From NCBI GenBank assembly GCA_022843855.1, contig JALHMV010000005.1:1-43247 (forward strand): a stretch of 43,247 nucleotides of DNA, read 5' to 3'. The notes under the pieces are model-generated. The model made no database searches. It saw only the letters and a list, made by a program, of their open reading frames with translations, and was not told the DNA's origin. Shown here one piece after another: positions 1 through 8,384 of this stretch (position 1 is its first letter; each line of letters begins with the position of its first letter). The position numbers and the translations under genes were made by a program. The stretch comes from Patescibacteria group bacterium. GTDB taxonomy: Bacteria; Patescibacteriota; UBA1384; 2-12-FULL-50-11.

Positions 1-228
1 ACCGCTGCGCTCGCTCGCGACTGGGCAAGAACGATGCGTGAAAACGGCCGAACGGTCGAAGTCTATCCCGACGCAAAGGCTTCTGTCGGCACCCAAATTA
101 AATACGCTGATCGTAAGGGATACCCAACGGTGTATATCGCTTTTCCTGACGAGTGGCAGCAAGGCGAAATCGTTGTCAAAAACCTTGCCACTGGTGAACA
201 GGTAGCCGTCCAGCGGAGCGAGGTGTAA
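1..228 (+). CDS. hisS: Histidyl-tRNA synthetase, C-terminal anticodon-binding domain (5'-truncated by window edge)
   Basis: Frame is open from base 1. ...VGTQIKYADRKGYPTVYIAFPDEWQQGEIVVKNLATGEQ matches the HGTP anticodon-binding domain typical of HisRS. Stop overlaps the ileS start (TAATG). Confidence 0.8.
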   Translation, partial: TAALARDWARTMRENGRTVEVYPDAKASVGTQIKYADRKGYPTVYIAFPDEWQQGEIVVKNLATGEQVAVQRSEV

Positions 229-3107
229 TGCCCCGTTTTCAGTCACCTCGCTTCAACTCGCTCTTTGCGATGGAGGAGTCGATCCTCAAGCGATGGGAAC
301 AGGGGAAGACGTATCAAAAGTCTTTGGAGAAAAATGCTGGCAGCGAGGTCTTTTCGTTTTACGACGGACCGCCGTTTATAACCGGTATGCCGCATTACGC
401 AACGCTACTGCCCTCAATCGTCAAGGACGTTATCCCGCGCTACCAAACGATGCGAGGGAAGCGGGTCAGGAGAATATGGGGCTGGGACGTGCATGGCCTG
501 CCGGCGGAAAACCAAGTCGAGAAAAAGCTCGGTCTCAAAACTAAAAAGGATATCGAAACGCTCGGTGTCGAGAAGTTTATCGCCGCCTGTCGTGAATACG
601 TCGCTGAAACCTCCGGTGCCTGGAAGTGGTACATCGACCACATTGGTCGTTGGGCCGACCTCGAAACTGCGTACCGCACTGACGATCTCAAATATATGGA
701 GACAGTCATGTGGGCGTTTAAGCAGTTATACGACAAGGGGCTCATCTATCGTGGCCGACGAACCTCGCTTTACTGTCCGCGCTGCGCCACACCGCTCTCT
801 AAATTTGAAGTAACGATGGATGAGGGAAGCTATAAGGACGTTACCGATCCCGGAGTGACGGTTGCCTTCCGTCTAAATAACGACGACCTGAGCCTGCTCG
901 CCTGGACAACCACGCCGTGGACGCTGCCAGCTAACTTCGCGCTTGCTATCGATCCCGCAGCCGAGTACGTCAAGGTAACAGATGGGAAGAACACGTATGT
1001 CTTAGCTCACCAGGCTTTGGAGCGCTACCGTGATCTGGATTTTGAAATCATCGAGACGTTTAAGGGTGAGAAAATGATCGGTTGGCAGTACGAACCGCTG
1101 TATACGTTTACGGGCGGTAACGCTGAAGCAGACTTCCGTGTACTCGCAGCCGAGTTCGTGACGATGGAGGACGGTACAGGCATTGTTCATATCGCACCCG
1201 GCTTCGGTGAAGATGATACGAAGCTTGGCGAAGCGCACGGCTTGAGTCTATTCGAGACACTGACGGATGAGGGGCATTTTAGGAGTGAGCTGGGCGACTG
1301 GGCGGGAATGTACTTTAAGAAGGCTGACCCGCTCATTATCGAAGACCTTAGGAATCGCGGCCAGTTAATCAAGGAAGAGACGATCACCCACTCGTACCCC
1401 CACTGTTATCGCTGCGCGACGCCGCTTATCTACAAATCTCAAGTTGCTTGGTACCTGAAGGTTGAGCCGCTGCGGGCGATGCTACTAGCAACGAACGAAA
1501 CTATTAATTGGTTACCCGAGCATTTAGGTACCGGCCGGTTTAAGTATAACCTCGAGACAGCGCCGGATTGGTCGCTCTCACGAACGCGCTATTGGGGCTC
1601 GCCGATCCCGGTCTGGGAAACAGAGGACGGCGAGGTTTTTGTACCAGAATCTATCGAGCAACTCGAAAAAATGAGCGGTCAAAAAGTGACTGATCTTCAC
1701 CGGCCCGCTATCGACGAAGTTGAAGTGACTATGCCCAACGGTAAGCGCGCCAAACGCGTTAAGGAAGTCCTTGATTGCTGGTTTGAATCCGGTGCAATGC
1801 CGTATGCTCAGGATCATTTTCCCTTTCAAAACGAGAAGCTGTTTACCGAGCATTTCCCGGCAGATTTCATCGTTGAATACACCGGCCAGCTGCGCGGCTG
1901 GTTTTATTACCTCCACGTCTTAGGCATAGCGCTCAAAGACTCGATTGCCTTCAAGAACGTGTTGGTTCATGGGGTTGTGCTTGGCAGTGACGGTCGAAAG
2001 ATGAGCAAAAGTTACGGTAACTACCCAGACCCTAAGGCAACGATCGAGAAGTACGGCGCGGAGGCGATTCGACTCTTTTTCATGTCGAGCCCGGTGATGC
2101 GCGGCGACGAAGTGGCCGTCAAAGAAGAAGATATCCGCGATTGCTCACGAGTGCTAAACGTCTTTCACAATTCGTTTCGTTACTTTGTAACGTACGCCGA
2201 GCTTCATGACTGGCAGCCGAGCGGGGTTGCCGGGACTCACGTCCTAGATCGGTGGATCGTCGTTCGATTGCACGAACTGACCGACCAGATTCAAAAAGGG
2301 CTAGACGTGTTTGACGTCAGTAGCGCGACGCGGGCAATTCGACCGTTTATCGAGGATCTCTCCACTTGGTATATTCGTCGGTCTCGCGACCGGTTTGTCT
2401 CTGGCGACTCGGAAGCGCTCCAGACACTTCATGATGTCCTGCTGGGCTTCTCGCTCGCTGTCGCGCCGATTTTACCGTTTACGAGCGAGTTAGTCTTTAC
2501 GACACTCAGTGGCGAAGAGTCGGTTCATTTGGCTGATTTCCCCCGTGTGAACGAACCGCTGATCGCTGAGTCAGCCGCGCTTCTGACGTCGATGGATCAG
2601 GTTCGTCAGATCACTTCAGCGGTCCATAAAATGCGCGCCGATACAGCTCAAAACCTTCGCCAGCCGCTTGCCGCAGTGGCGCTGACTGGCTACCGGGACT
2701 TAGCTAATTCACCAGAGTTCTTAGCGGTTCTTCAAGAGGAGATTAACGTTCGGGCTGTCTTGTTTGACGCGAACGACGTCGCTAACTGGCCAACGGTTGC
2801 CCTGCCGGACGGCGAAGTGCGCTTGGATGTCCAGCTGACGCCCGAGCTTGAGGAAGAAGGGATCGTCCGTGAGATCGTCCGTATCGCTCAAGGTGCTCGA
2901 AAAGAGGCTGGGTTAGCGATTGGGCAGAAGGTCGCGGCTCGTTACTCAGTCGCCGATTCTGTCTGGGGTGACGTTGTGGCGAGAAACCAGAAGAGGATCA
3001 TCGACCAAGTCAGTTTCTCCTCTCTCGATCGCGATGAGCGGGCAACGGACAGCTCGATCGAGTTCTATTTTGTCGAACAGACAACAAAGAAAACCCCCGC
3101 TGGTTGA
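228..3107 (+). CDS. ileS: Isoleucyl-tRNA synthetase, type 2 (IleRS2)
   Basis: Motifs FYDGPPF..G.PHY, GWDVHGLP, WTTTPWTLP (editing), GTGIVHIAP, WSLSRTRYWG and KMSKS. C-terminal L..EG.VREIVR..Q..RK..GL without a zinc finger indicates type 2. Confidence 0.97.
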   Translation: MPRFQSPRFNSLFAMEESILKRWEQGKTYQKSLEKNAGSEVFSFYDGPPFITGMPHYATLLPSIVKDVIPRYQTMRGKRVRRIWGWDVHGLPAENQVEKKLGLKTKKDIETLGVEKFIAACREYVAETSGAWKWYIDHIGRWADLETAYRTDDLKYMETVMWAFKQLYDKGLIYRGRRTSLYCPRCATPLSKFEVTMDEGSYKDVTDPGVTVAFRLNNDDLSLLAWTTTPWTLPANFALAIDPAAEYVKVTDGKNTYVLAHQALERYRDLDFEIIETFKGEKMIGWQYEPLYTFTGGNAEADFRVLAAEFVTMEDGTGIVHIAPGFGEDDTKLGEAHGLSLFETLTDEGHFRSELGDWAGMYFKKADPLIIEDLRNRGQLIKEETITHSYPHCYRCATPLIYKSQVAWYLKVEPLRAMLLATNETINWLPEHLGTGRFKYNLETAPDWSLSRTRYWGSPIPVWETEDGEVFVPESIEQLEKMSGQKVTDLHRPAIDEVEVTMPNGKRAKRVKEVLDCWFESGAMPYAQDHFPFQNEKLFTEHFPADFIVEYTGQLRGWFYYLHVLGIALKDSIAFKNVLVHGVVLGSDGRKMSKSYGNYPDPKATIEKYGAEAIRLFFMSSPVMRGDEVAVKEEDIRDCSRVLNVFHNSFRYFVTYAELHDWQPSGVAGTHVLDRWIVVRLHELTDQIQKGLDVFDVSSATRAIRPFIEDLSTWYIRRSRDRFVSGDSEALQTLHDVLLGFSLAVAPILPFTSELVFTTLSGEESVHLADFPRVNEPLIAESAALLTSMDQVRQITSAVHKMRADTAQNLRQPLAAVALTGYRDLANSPEFLAVLQEEINVRAVLFDANDVANWPTVALPDGEVRLDVQLTPELEEEGIVREIVRIAQGARKEAGLAIGQKVAARYSVADSVWGDVVARNQKRIIDQVSFSSLDRDERATDSSIEFYFVEQTTKKTPAG

Positions 3108-3116
3108 AGCGGGGGT
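3086..3116 (-). terminator. Intrinsic terminator between convergent ileS and lipase genes
   Basis: ACCCCCGCT-ggttga-AGCGGGGGT 9-bp stem with an A-rich run on its left (U-tract on the minus strand). It overlaps the ileS stop. Confidence 0.75.
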
Positions 3117-3127
3117 ATCTGACCCGA

Positions 3128-4903
3128 CTACTGATTGATCCGACCGACGACTGGCGAGCGGATCTGGCCGACGCCGTTGCCTTGACCGGGCGCGCGCGGC
3201 GACCGAACGTTCGGGTCGGCTGGCCAAAGATCTTGGTAGTATTCAGTCAGTCGACTCACGGTCGTCGTTTGCTGGCCGAGCCGTTCGTAGACTAGGGTAT
3301 GTTCGAGCGATCGAGCTCGCATTTCGACCGGCACTTCCTCGATCGTCAGACCGGTGTAACGATTACGATCGGGAACATCACGGATGTAGAGCCGCGCCTC
3401 TTGACCGGGGTCAAGGAAGAGCCCCCACCGGCGGTACTCCGGCGGAAAGAACCTTCCTGGCGGACTGTCCGGATCGTACCATGTCGCTCCGAGCCAGGTA
3501 CCGTTTCGGTTGAACGAGTCAAACGTCAACGTCAACAGCCGTACGGCGGTCGGACCATGGTTGCGAATCCGGATCGTCCAGAACCACCCGTCCGATCTGG
3601 CCTCAACCGGATTGGGCTCGAGCACCATCTCAACCGATCGATCAGAGCGGTGCTCGGCCACAAACTCGAGCAACCGTTCGATCCCAGCAGGAGACTTGAC
3701 CAAGCTGTTATGCCCGGCCGCCAGGTCGGTGTGGCGCGTGACGGTGCCGTTGGTCATCTCCTCCAGCTGCACACCGCGCGCGTGAGCGCTATCACCGTCA
3801 ACGACGAGGTCGAGACCGGCGCTTACCAGGTGGTAGTTGACGTGTCCGCGCTGGCCGTTGGCTTGATTGAGCTCTCGGACGAATCGGCCGGTCGAAGCCA
3901 AGTCCTGGATCGAAGGCGTGCCGAGGCCCAGCAGGCCGCGGTATTCGCCCGTGCCCGGTACATTCAAGGTGAAATTAACCAGGGCGTTGACGAGTCGGCC
4001 GAGATCAGCGATCGCGGTGCCGCGGTGCGGCGAGCAGACGAAGTAGACGTTGTCGATGACGTGTGTCTCGCCAAGCGTCTCGAGGCAATGACGAGTCACC
4101 AAGCCGCCCCACGAGTGAGCGTAGATGTCGACGACCTTGCCACGTCCTCGGTACGGCGTGAGCTGCGTGCGCAAAAGCTCAGCCGCTGACTCGCCGGGTA
4201 GGCGGAAGTCGTACTTGAGCGCGTAGACAGCGCCGTATCGACCGCTTGTCAGGAGGCCGGCGGCGAGTAGCGCAAAATCTTCGTGGCTATCGGAGAAGCC
4301 GTGAACGATCAGCGCCGTTCGACCGCCAACCGCAGCAAACTCAGCCCGACCGGCTAATCGCTCGAGACTCGCTGTTCGATCGAGAGACGGCGGCGGCGGA
4401 AAGATCGCCAGCGCGATGAGACCGAGCGCCCCGGGTCGCTGACTTCGAACCAGCTCGTAAGTATTCGGCGCGATTTTGACCGTTACCGTGTCGTGGGCGG
4501 TCGTGGCGTCGAGCGTCGCCCAGCCGTCTTCGGTTTGATGAACCGCGAGAGTCGTTCCCGGGTCGGCTGGTTTCGGTAGACGAAGTTCGAGGTCCGTCGA
4601 CGGTTGGCTGGTCGAGCGAATTCGAAAGCCGGAGCTGCCGATCCGACTGTGTCGGTTGGGGAGCCGGAATTGATCCGGCCGCCAGCGCTGGACGGTCACC
4701 GTTGTATCGACCGCAAACGCTCCCGCCGGTACGGCGACGGTGGCTTCAGCGACGGTTGCGTTGACCGCTTGGCCGGCGGGGACCTCGATGACGACAGTTG
4801 TGTCCGGTTCGATCGGTGTCGTTTGGCCGCCCGATCCGCCGCAGCCGCCGAGGATCAGTGTAGCCAGAATGACGAGCACGACGAGAAGATTGACTCTTGC
4901 CAT
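3128..4903 (-). CDS. Lipoprotein alpha/beta-hydrolase (lipase/esterase-like), 591 aa
   Basis: Start reassigned to ATG 4903 (SD AAGGA; signal peptide MARVNLLVVLVILATLILGG|C with lipobox). Has HGF oxyanion motif, AHSWGG nucleophile elbow, SPHRGT, and candidate Asp (AGLDLVV) and His (AGHNSL). Confidence 0.85.
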   Translation of the reverse strand: MARVNLLVVLVILATLILGGCGGSGGQTTPIEPDTTVVIEVPAGQAVNATVAEATVAVPAGAFAVDTTVTVQRWRPDQFRLPNRHSRIGSSGFRIRSTSQPSTDLELRLPKPADPGTTLAVHQTEDGWATLDATTAHDTVTVKIAPNTYELVRSQRPGALGLIALAIFPPPPSLDRTASLERLAGRAEFAAVGGRTALIVHGFSDSHEDFALLAAGLLTSGRYGAVYALKYDFRLPGESAAELLRTQLTPYRGRGKVVDIYAHSWGGLVTRHCLETLGETHVIDNVYFVCSPHRGTAIADLGRLVNALVNFTLNVPGTGEYRGLLGLGTPSIQDLASTGRFVRELNQANGQRGHVNYHLVSAGLDLVVDGDSAHARGVQLEEMTNGTVTRHTDLAAGHNSLVKSPAGIERLLEFVAEHRSDRSVEMVLEPNPVEARSDGWFWTIRIRNHGPTAVRLLTLTFDSFNRNGTWLGATWYDPDSPPGRFFPPEYRRWGLFLDPGQEARLYIRDVPDRNRYTGLTIEEVPVEMRARSLEHTLVYERLGQQTTTVSRLTEYYQDLWPADPNVRSPRAPGQGNGVGQIRSPVVGRINQ

Positions 4904-4999
4904 GGTCTTTCCTTGTTGTTCTTGAAAGGAACAAGCTGGCCGTATTGTAGCAGAGCGCCTGGTGGTGATAAACGGCCGTCCCGGGTACAATAACCGTCG

Positions 5000-5650
5000 A
5001 TGGGTTTTGCCATTTTTCAGTTTTTGGCCGCTGCTGTGTCGCTCTTTTTTCTCAAATTGTTTACCCGCCTGGAGATTGAGGGTCGCGAACATCTCACGGA
5101 CCTGCCCCGTCGGTTTATCGCAGTCGCCAATCATGAGAGTCACTTTGATCCGCAGCTGGTTGGCGTGGCCCTCATGAGTCGACCAGGCTTGTTCCCTCTG
5201 CGATACATGGCGAAGAACCCGTTGTTTTATATCCCAGGTCTCAACGTCTTGATTTGGTTACTTGGGGCCTTTCGAGCCCATAAAGGAAAGGGGTTGGAAA
5301 AAGCCTTACAGAGCCCCCTGGCGATCCTTGAGGGGAACGGTGCGGTCATCATGTTTCCAGAAGGCCGAATGATTATCGAACGACCCAAGCTGGGCGAAGG
5401 CAAGCGCGGTGCGGCGGTCTTGGCCCTCAAAACTGGGGCGGCGCTGCTGCCGATGTCGATTCATACCCCCCATGACATGCCGCCGGTCATCCCTCTGACG
5501 CTAGGGCGACCCCGCGTTGTGATCCGTATCGGTGAGCCGTTTTACTTAAATAACGTCGATTATCCAGACCTGAGCGATGATAATACGAAGAAGGCGACAC
5601 AAGAGATCATGCGTCGCATCGCCGATCTCTATTTTCAGCACAAGTATTGA
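5000..5650 (+). CDS. plsC: 1-acyl-sn-glycerol-3-phosphate acyltransferase (lysophospholipid acyltransferase family)
   Basis: NHESHFD (HxxxxD), AK..LF and FPEGR motifs. Confidence 0.9.
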   Translation: MGFAIFQFLAAAVSLFFLKLFTRLEIEGREHLTDLPRRFIAVANHESHFDPQLVGVALMSRPGLFPLRYMAKNPLFYIPGLNVLIWLLGAFRAHKGKGLEKALQSPLAILEGNGAVIMFPEGRMIIERPKLGEGKRGAAVLALKTGAALLPMSIHTPHDMPPVIPLTLGRPRVVIRIGEPFYLNNVDYPDLSDDNTKKATQEIMRRIADLYFQHKY

Positions 5651-5709
5651 GCTCAATAAAAGGCGGAAGATCACTGTGCCGTCCAAAATCGCTTATATCT
5701 CAGCCGAAC

Positions 5710-6095
5710 ATGCCGGACGAAACAATCGTCAACCAAGTCTCGAGCGTCCAAAATGATCGTTTCGATGTCGATCAGATTTTGACCCGATCGAAGCAGTCCC
5801 GTGCTCAATGGCGGCGTCTGGTAGGTCCGCCACTCCTCGCTTTCGGCCACTTTCCTGAATTACCTTTTGGGGGGGTCGCAAGCGGACCCGACAGGCCTAG
5901 AAGAGCAACAACAATCTCTACAACTGGTTGATGAAATATATTATGGACGAAGGCGAGGTCCGCATACCCAAAGATGTTTTCCCTTCGCTCAAAAATATCA
6001 CACCTGAATATATGCAGAGCTTAGTTATGTGGGTTCTTGCGCGACAGAAAGCCAACTTGGTGATCAACGGCGGAGTCGGTTCGGTTGACGGGTAG
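5710..6095 (+). pseudogene. Possible degraded gene remnant (short ORFs in different frames)
   Basis: ORF from ATG 5710 stops at 5931. A second frame (5931-6095) reads MKYIMDEGEVRIPKDVF...VLARQKANLVINGGVGSVDG, weakly like a glycosyltransferase C-terminal 'ADLVI.HGG.G' motif. Confidence 0.25.
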
Positions 6096-6148
6096 CGGCT
6101 TAAAGATCTTCTACAATTTCGTTGAGTAAATAGAAAGTGAGGTTATAG

Positions 6149-6177
6149 AAAAAAGTGGCGGGACATTACGCCCCGCC
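6149..6177 (-). terminator. Intrinsic terminator-like hairpin
   Basis: Minus strand reads GGCGGGGCG-UAA-UGUCCCGCC-AC-UUUUUU. Confidence 0.6.
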
Positions 6178-6284
6178 GGTGACTCTTAGTGCGAGTTCGT
6201 GGCTAACCAAAGACCAGTTTGACCTGTCGGATCCAACAGTTGCCCACATTTCCAACGGCCTCAGCCACTTTTGGTTTTTTCGGT

Positions 6285-6320
6285 AAAGAAATGGAGGTCC
6301 GGGTTTTCCCAGACCTCCAT
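6285..6320 (-). terminator. Terminator of the D-Ala-D-Ala dipeptidase gene
   Basis: ATGGAGGTC...GACCTCCAT stem followed by UUCUUU on the minus strand, 11 nt after the stop. Confidence 0.7.
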
Positions 6321-6331
6321 GGTTGAAAGAG

Positions 6332-7129
6332 TCAGGCCTTCATGAGGTGATCGGCGGCGCCGTAGCGAGCCGGGCCCCCGATAATGCGAGCATGGCGCTG
6401 GTTGCCGAAGTCGAAGTGCCAAATCTCCTCGGGGTAGACTGTGAAGCCACTTCCTAGCATAAACCTTAGAAGCAGTTCTCGGTTCCGCGCCACTTCCGAT
6501 TCTGGAGCGCCGGTTGGCCAATCTCGACTTCCTGGCCGGAGATGGTAGAAGGCACCGGCCTCTGGCTCCATATAGTCGAAGACCACGCCAAGATCGCACG
6601 GTTGTTCGTCGCGATACAACCAGACATCGGCTGAGCCACCCGTTCGATGGTTGGCCGGTCGGGTTGGATCCTCTGAAGGAAAGGCAACGTAGCGGGTGTT
6701 GGCCCGAATCAGATCGCTGCCCAACGTTCCGCCGAGATTGCTCAGCTTGAGCTCGACCTCGTAACGGGCACACAAGCCCTTGAATTGTTCTCCGAACCCC
6801 AGCCGCGGGGCGGTGTAACGAGCAAGATAGTACCAGAAGAGGACGTCTTGGAGCTTGTTGTCGCGATAGCCGTCGTAGAGCCTGATTGAGTAGCCTTCGG
6901 CTTGAGCTTGTTGATCGGCGTCCACTAACATGCCAAGGACGGTGCGACGAAGATGGGCTATTTTAGGACCCATACCGATTTCCGTGAGGTAGTACGGGTG
7001 AAAGAGAGTCGTCGGAACCTCCACCATTGGCTCGCCGGACTCTTTGATGACGATGTCGCTGAGTTCACAGCGCTTCTCAGCTGCTAAGGTGGTTTCGGCA
7101 GCTCGGGCGAGATCGATGACACCGGACAT
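6332..7129 (-). CDS. D-Ala-D-Ala dipeptidase, peptidase M15D (VanX/DdpX-like)
   Basis: Motifs LYDGYR, NHRTGGSADV (SxHxxGxAxD-type zinc motif) and EEIWHFDFG. Confidence 0.88.
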   Translation of the reverse strand: MSGVIDLARAAETTLAAEKRCELSDIVIKESGEPMVEVPTTLFHPYYLTEIGMGPKIAHLRRTVLGMLVDADQQAQAEGYSIRLYDGYRDNKLQDVLFWYYLARYTAPRLGFGEQFKGLCARYEVELKLSNLGGTLGSDLIRANTRYVAFPSEDPTRPANHRTGGSADVWLYRDEQPCDLGVVFDYMEPEAGAFYHLRPGSRDWPTGAPESEVARNRELLLRFMLGSGFTVYPEEIWHFDFGNQRHARIIGGPARYGAADHLMKA

Positions 7130-7156
7130 AACACACCTTATTGTTAAGGTAGCGAC

Positions 7157-7204
7157 ACTGTAGCAGACTTGCCTACTTCCTTCAATGCTCGAGTCAGCTA
7201 TAAT
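7157..7204. promoter_or_regulatory. Divergent sigma70 promoters for the dipeptidase and ddl
   Basis: Minus: TTGAAG-17nt-TACAGT (7185-7157). Plus: TATAAT at 7199-7204. Confidence 0.55.
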
Positions 7205-7227
7205 AAACAGGTTTGAAAGTAAAAATT

Positions 7228-8304
7228 ATGCAGAATCTCGCAATTATTTTTGGTGGTCGATCGGTTGAGCATGAAGTGTCGGTGGCTTCGGCGAAGAATA
7301 TTCTTGAATCTCTGGATCGAGCGAAATATCAACCCTCTCTTATCTTTATTGATAAGAGCGGCAACTGGCACCTGGTCGAAAATTTAAACCAAGAAGCTCT
7401 CGAACGTTCTAATGAAAAAGCACTTCTCGCGGACGTTTCTCGACCTAATTTAGCTTTTCTTGAGGGTATTGATATCGTCTTCCCGGTCCTGCACGGTCCG
7501 TTCGGAGAGGATGGCACCCTCCAAGGATTACTTGAACTTATGAATATACCTTATATCGGGTCGGGAGTCTTGGGTTCAGCTTTAGGGATAGACAAAGATA
7601 TCGCTCGACAGCTGTTAAAATTTCACAACATTCCAGTCGCCAAGTCACAGGTTATTCGACCCAGTCGCCTCCTGACATTTGAGGAAGTAAGACAAGAGCT
7701 TGGCCTGCCATTTTTCCTCAAGCCCGCCCGGCTTGGTTCGTCCATTGGCACTCACAAAGTCAAAACCGAGCCGGATTTCCACGTTGCCCTGAAGGACGCT
7801 TTTTCCTACGACAACAAGGTGCTGGTCGAAGAGTATATCGAAGGTCGAGAAATCGAGTGTGCGGTTCTGGGCAACGAGAATCCTCGCGCCTCGATTCCTG
7901 GAGAAGTTGTCCCTCACGCTGACTTTTATTCCTATGCCTCCAAATACCTTGACGCTAACGGCACCGACCTTATTGTTGATCCCGATCTAAGTGAAGAACA
8001 GGTGGAAAAAGTTCAGGCTTTAGCTGTTCAAAGCTATCAGATTCTTGACTGCGCCGGCCTAGCACGGGTTGATTTTTTCCTGAGTGGCCAGGGGGATCTC
8101 TACGTTAACGAAATAAACACCCTGCCCGGGTTTACCGCAGTTAGTATGTATCCCAAACTTTGGCAGGAAAGTGGCCTCAATTACAGAGAGCTTATTGACG
8201 AATTGGTCGAACTTGCTCTGGAGCGATTTAAGCAAAAAAGTCGACTAAAGACATCCTATCATGACCCCCTAGTTCCCGATAAAAAAGCGGCGGGGCATTT
8301 TTAA
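7228..8304 (+). CDS. ddl: D-alanine--D-alanine ligase (DdlA type)
   Basis: Motifs FGGRSVEHEVS, LHGPFGEDG, KPARLGSSIG, omega loop FYSYASKY and NEINTLPG. ATG 7228 is preferred over TTG 7213. Confidence 0.95.
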   Translation: MQNLAIIFGGRSVEHEVSVASAKNILESLDRAKYQPSLIFIDKSGNWHLVENLNQEALERSNEKALLADVSRPNLAFLEGIDIVFPVLHGPFGEDGTLQGLLELMNIPYIGSGVLGSALGIDKDIARQLLKFHNIPVAKSQVIRPSRLLTFEEVRQELGLPFFLKPARLGSSIGTHKVKTEPDFHVALKDAFSYDNKVLVEEYIEGREIECAVLGNENPRASIPGEVVPHADFYSYASKYLDANGTDLIVDPDLSEEQVEKVQALAVQSYQILDCAGLARVDFFLSGQGDLYVNEINTLPGFTAVSMYPKLWQESGLNYRELIDELVELALERFKQKSRLKTSYHDPLVPDKKAAGHF

Positions 8305-8384
8305 CCGATACCCTGCTGCCGTCTCTTTGGGCTCGGAATTGATTGGGTACTCATCCAGTGTCGATGCGGTCGTTAGCTCAAAGA

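Noticed and set aside
3299-4189. 296-aa plus-strand ORF
   Set aside because: Antisense shadow of the GC-rich lipase gene; no motifs.
4904-5143. 80-aa N-terminal extension of the lipase in the ORF track
   Set aside because: It overlaps plsC. The SD and signal peptide place the start at 4903.
5869-5875. G7 tract as a phase-variation switch
   Set aside because: The tract is short, and a single slip does not restore a long ORF because the other frames also stop soon after.
6332-8304. vanA/vanX glycopeptide-resistance cluster
   Set aside because: The ligase has the Tyr-type omega loop of D-Ala-D-Ala ligases, the genes are divergent, and there is no vanH/vanY/vanRS.
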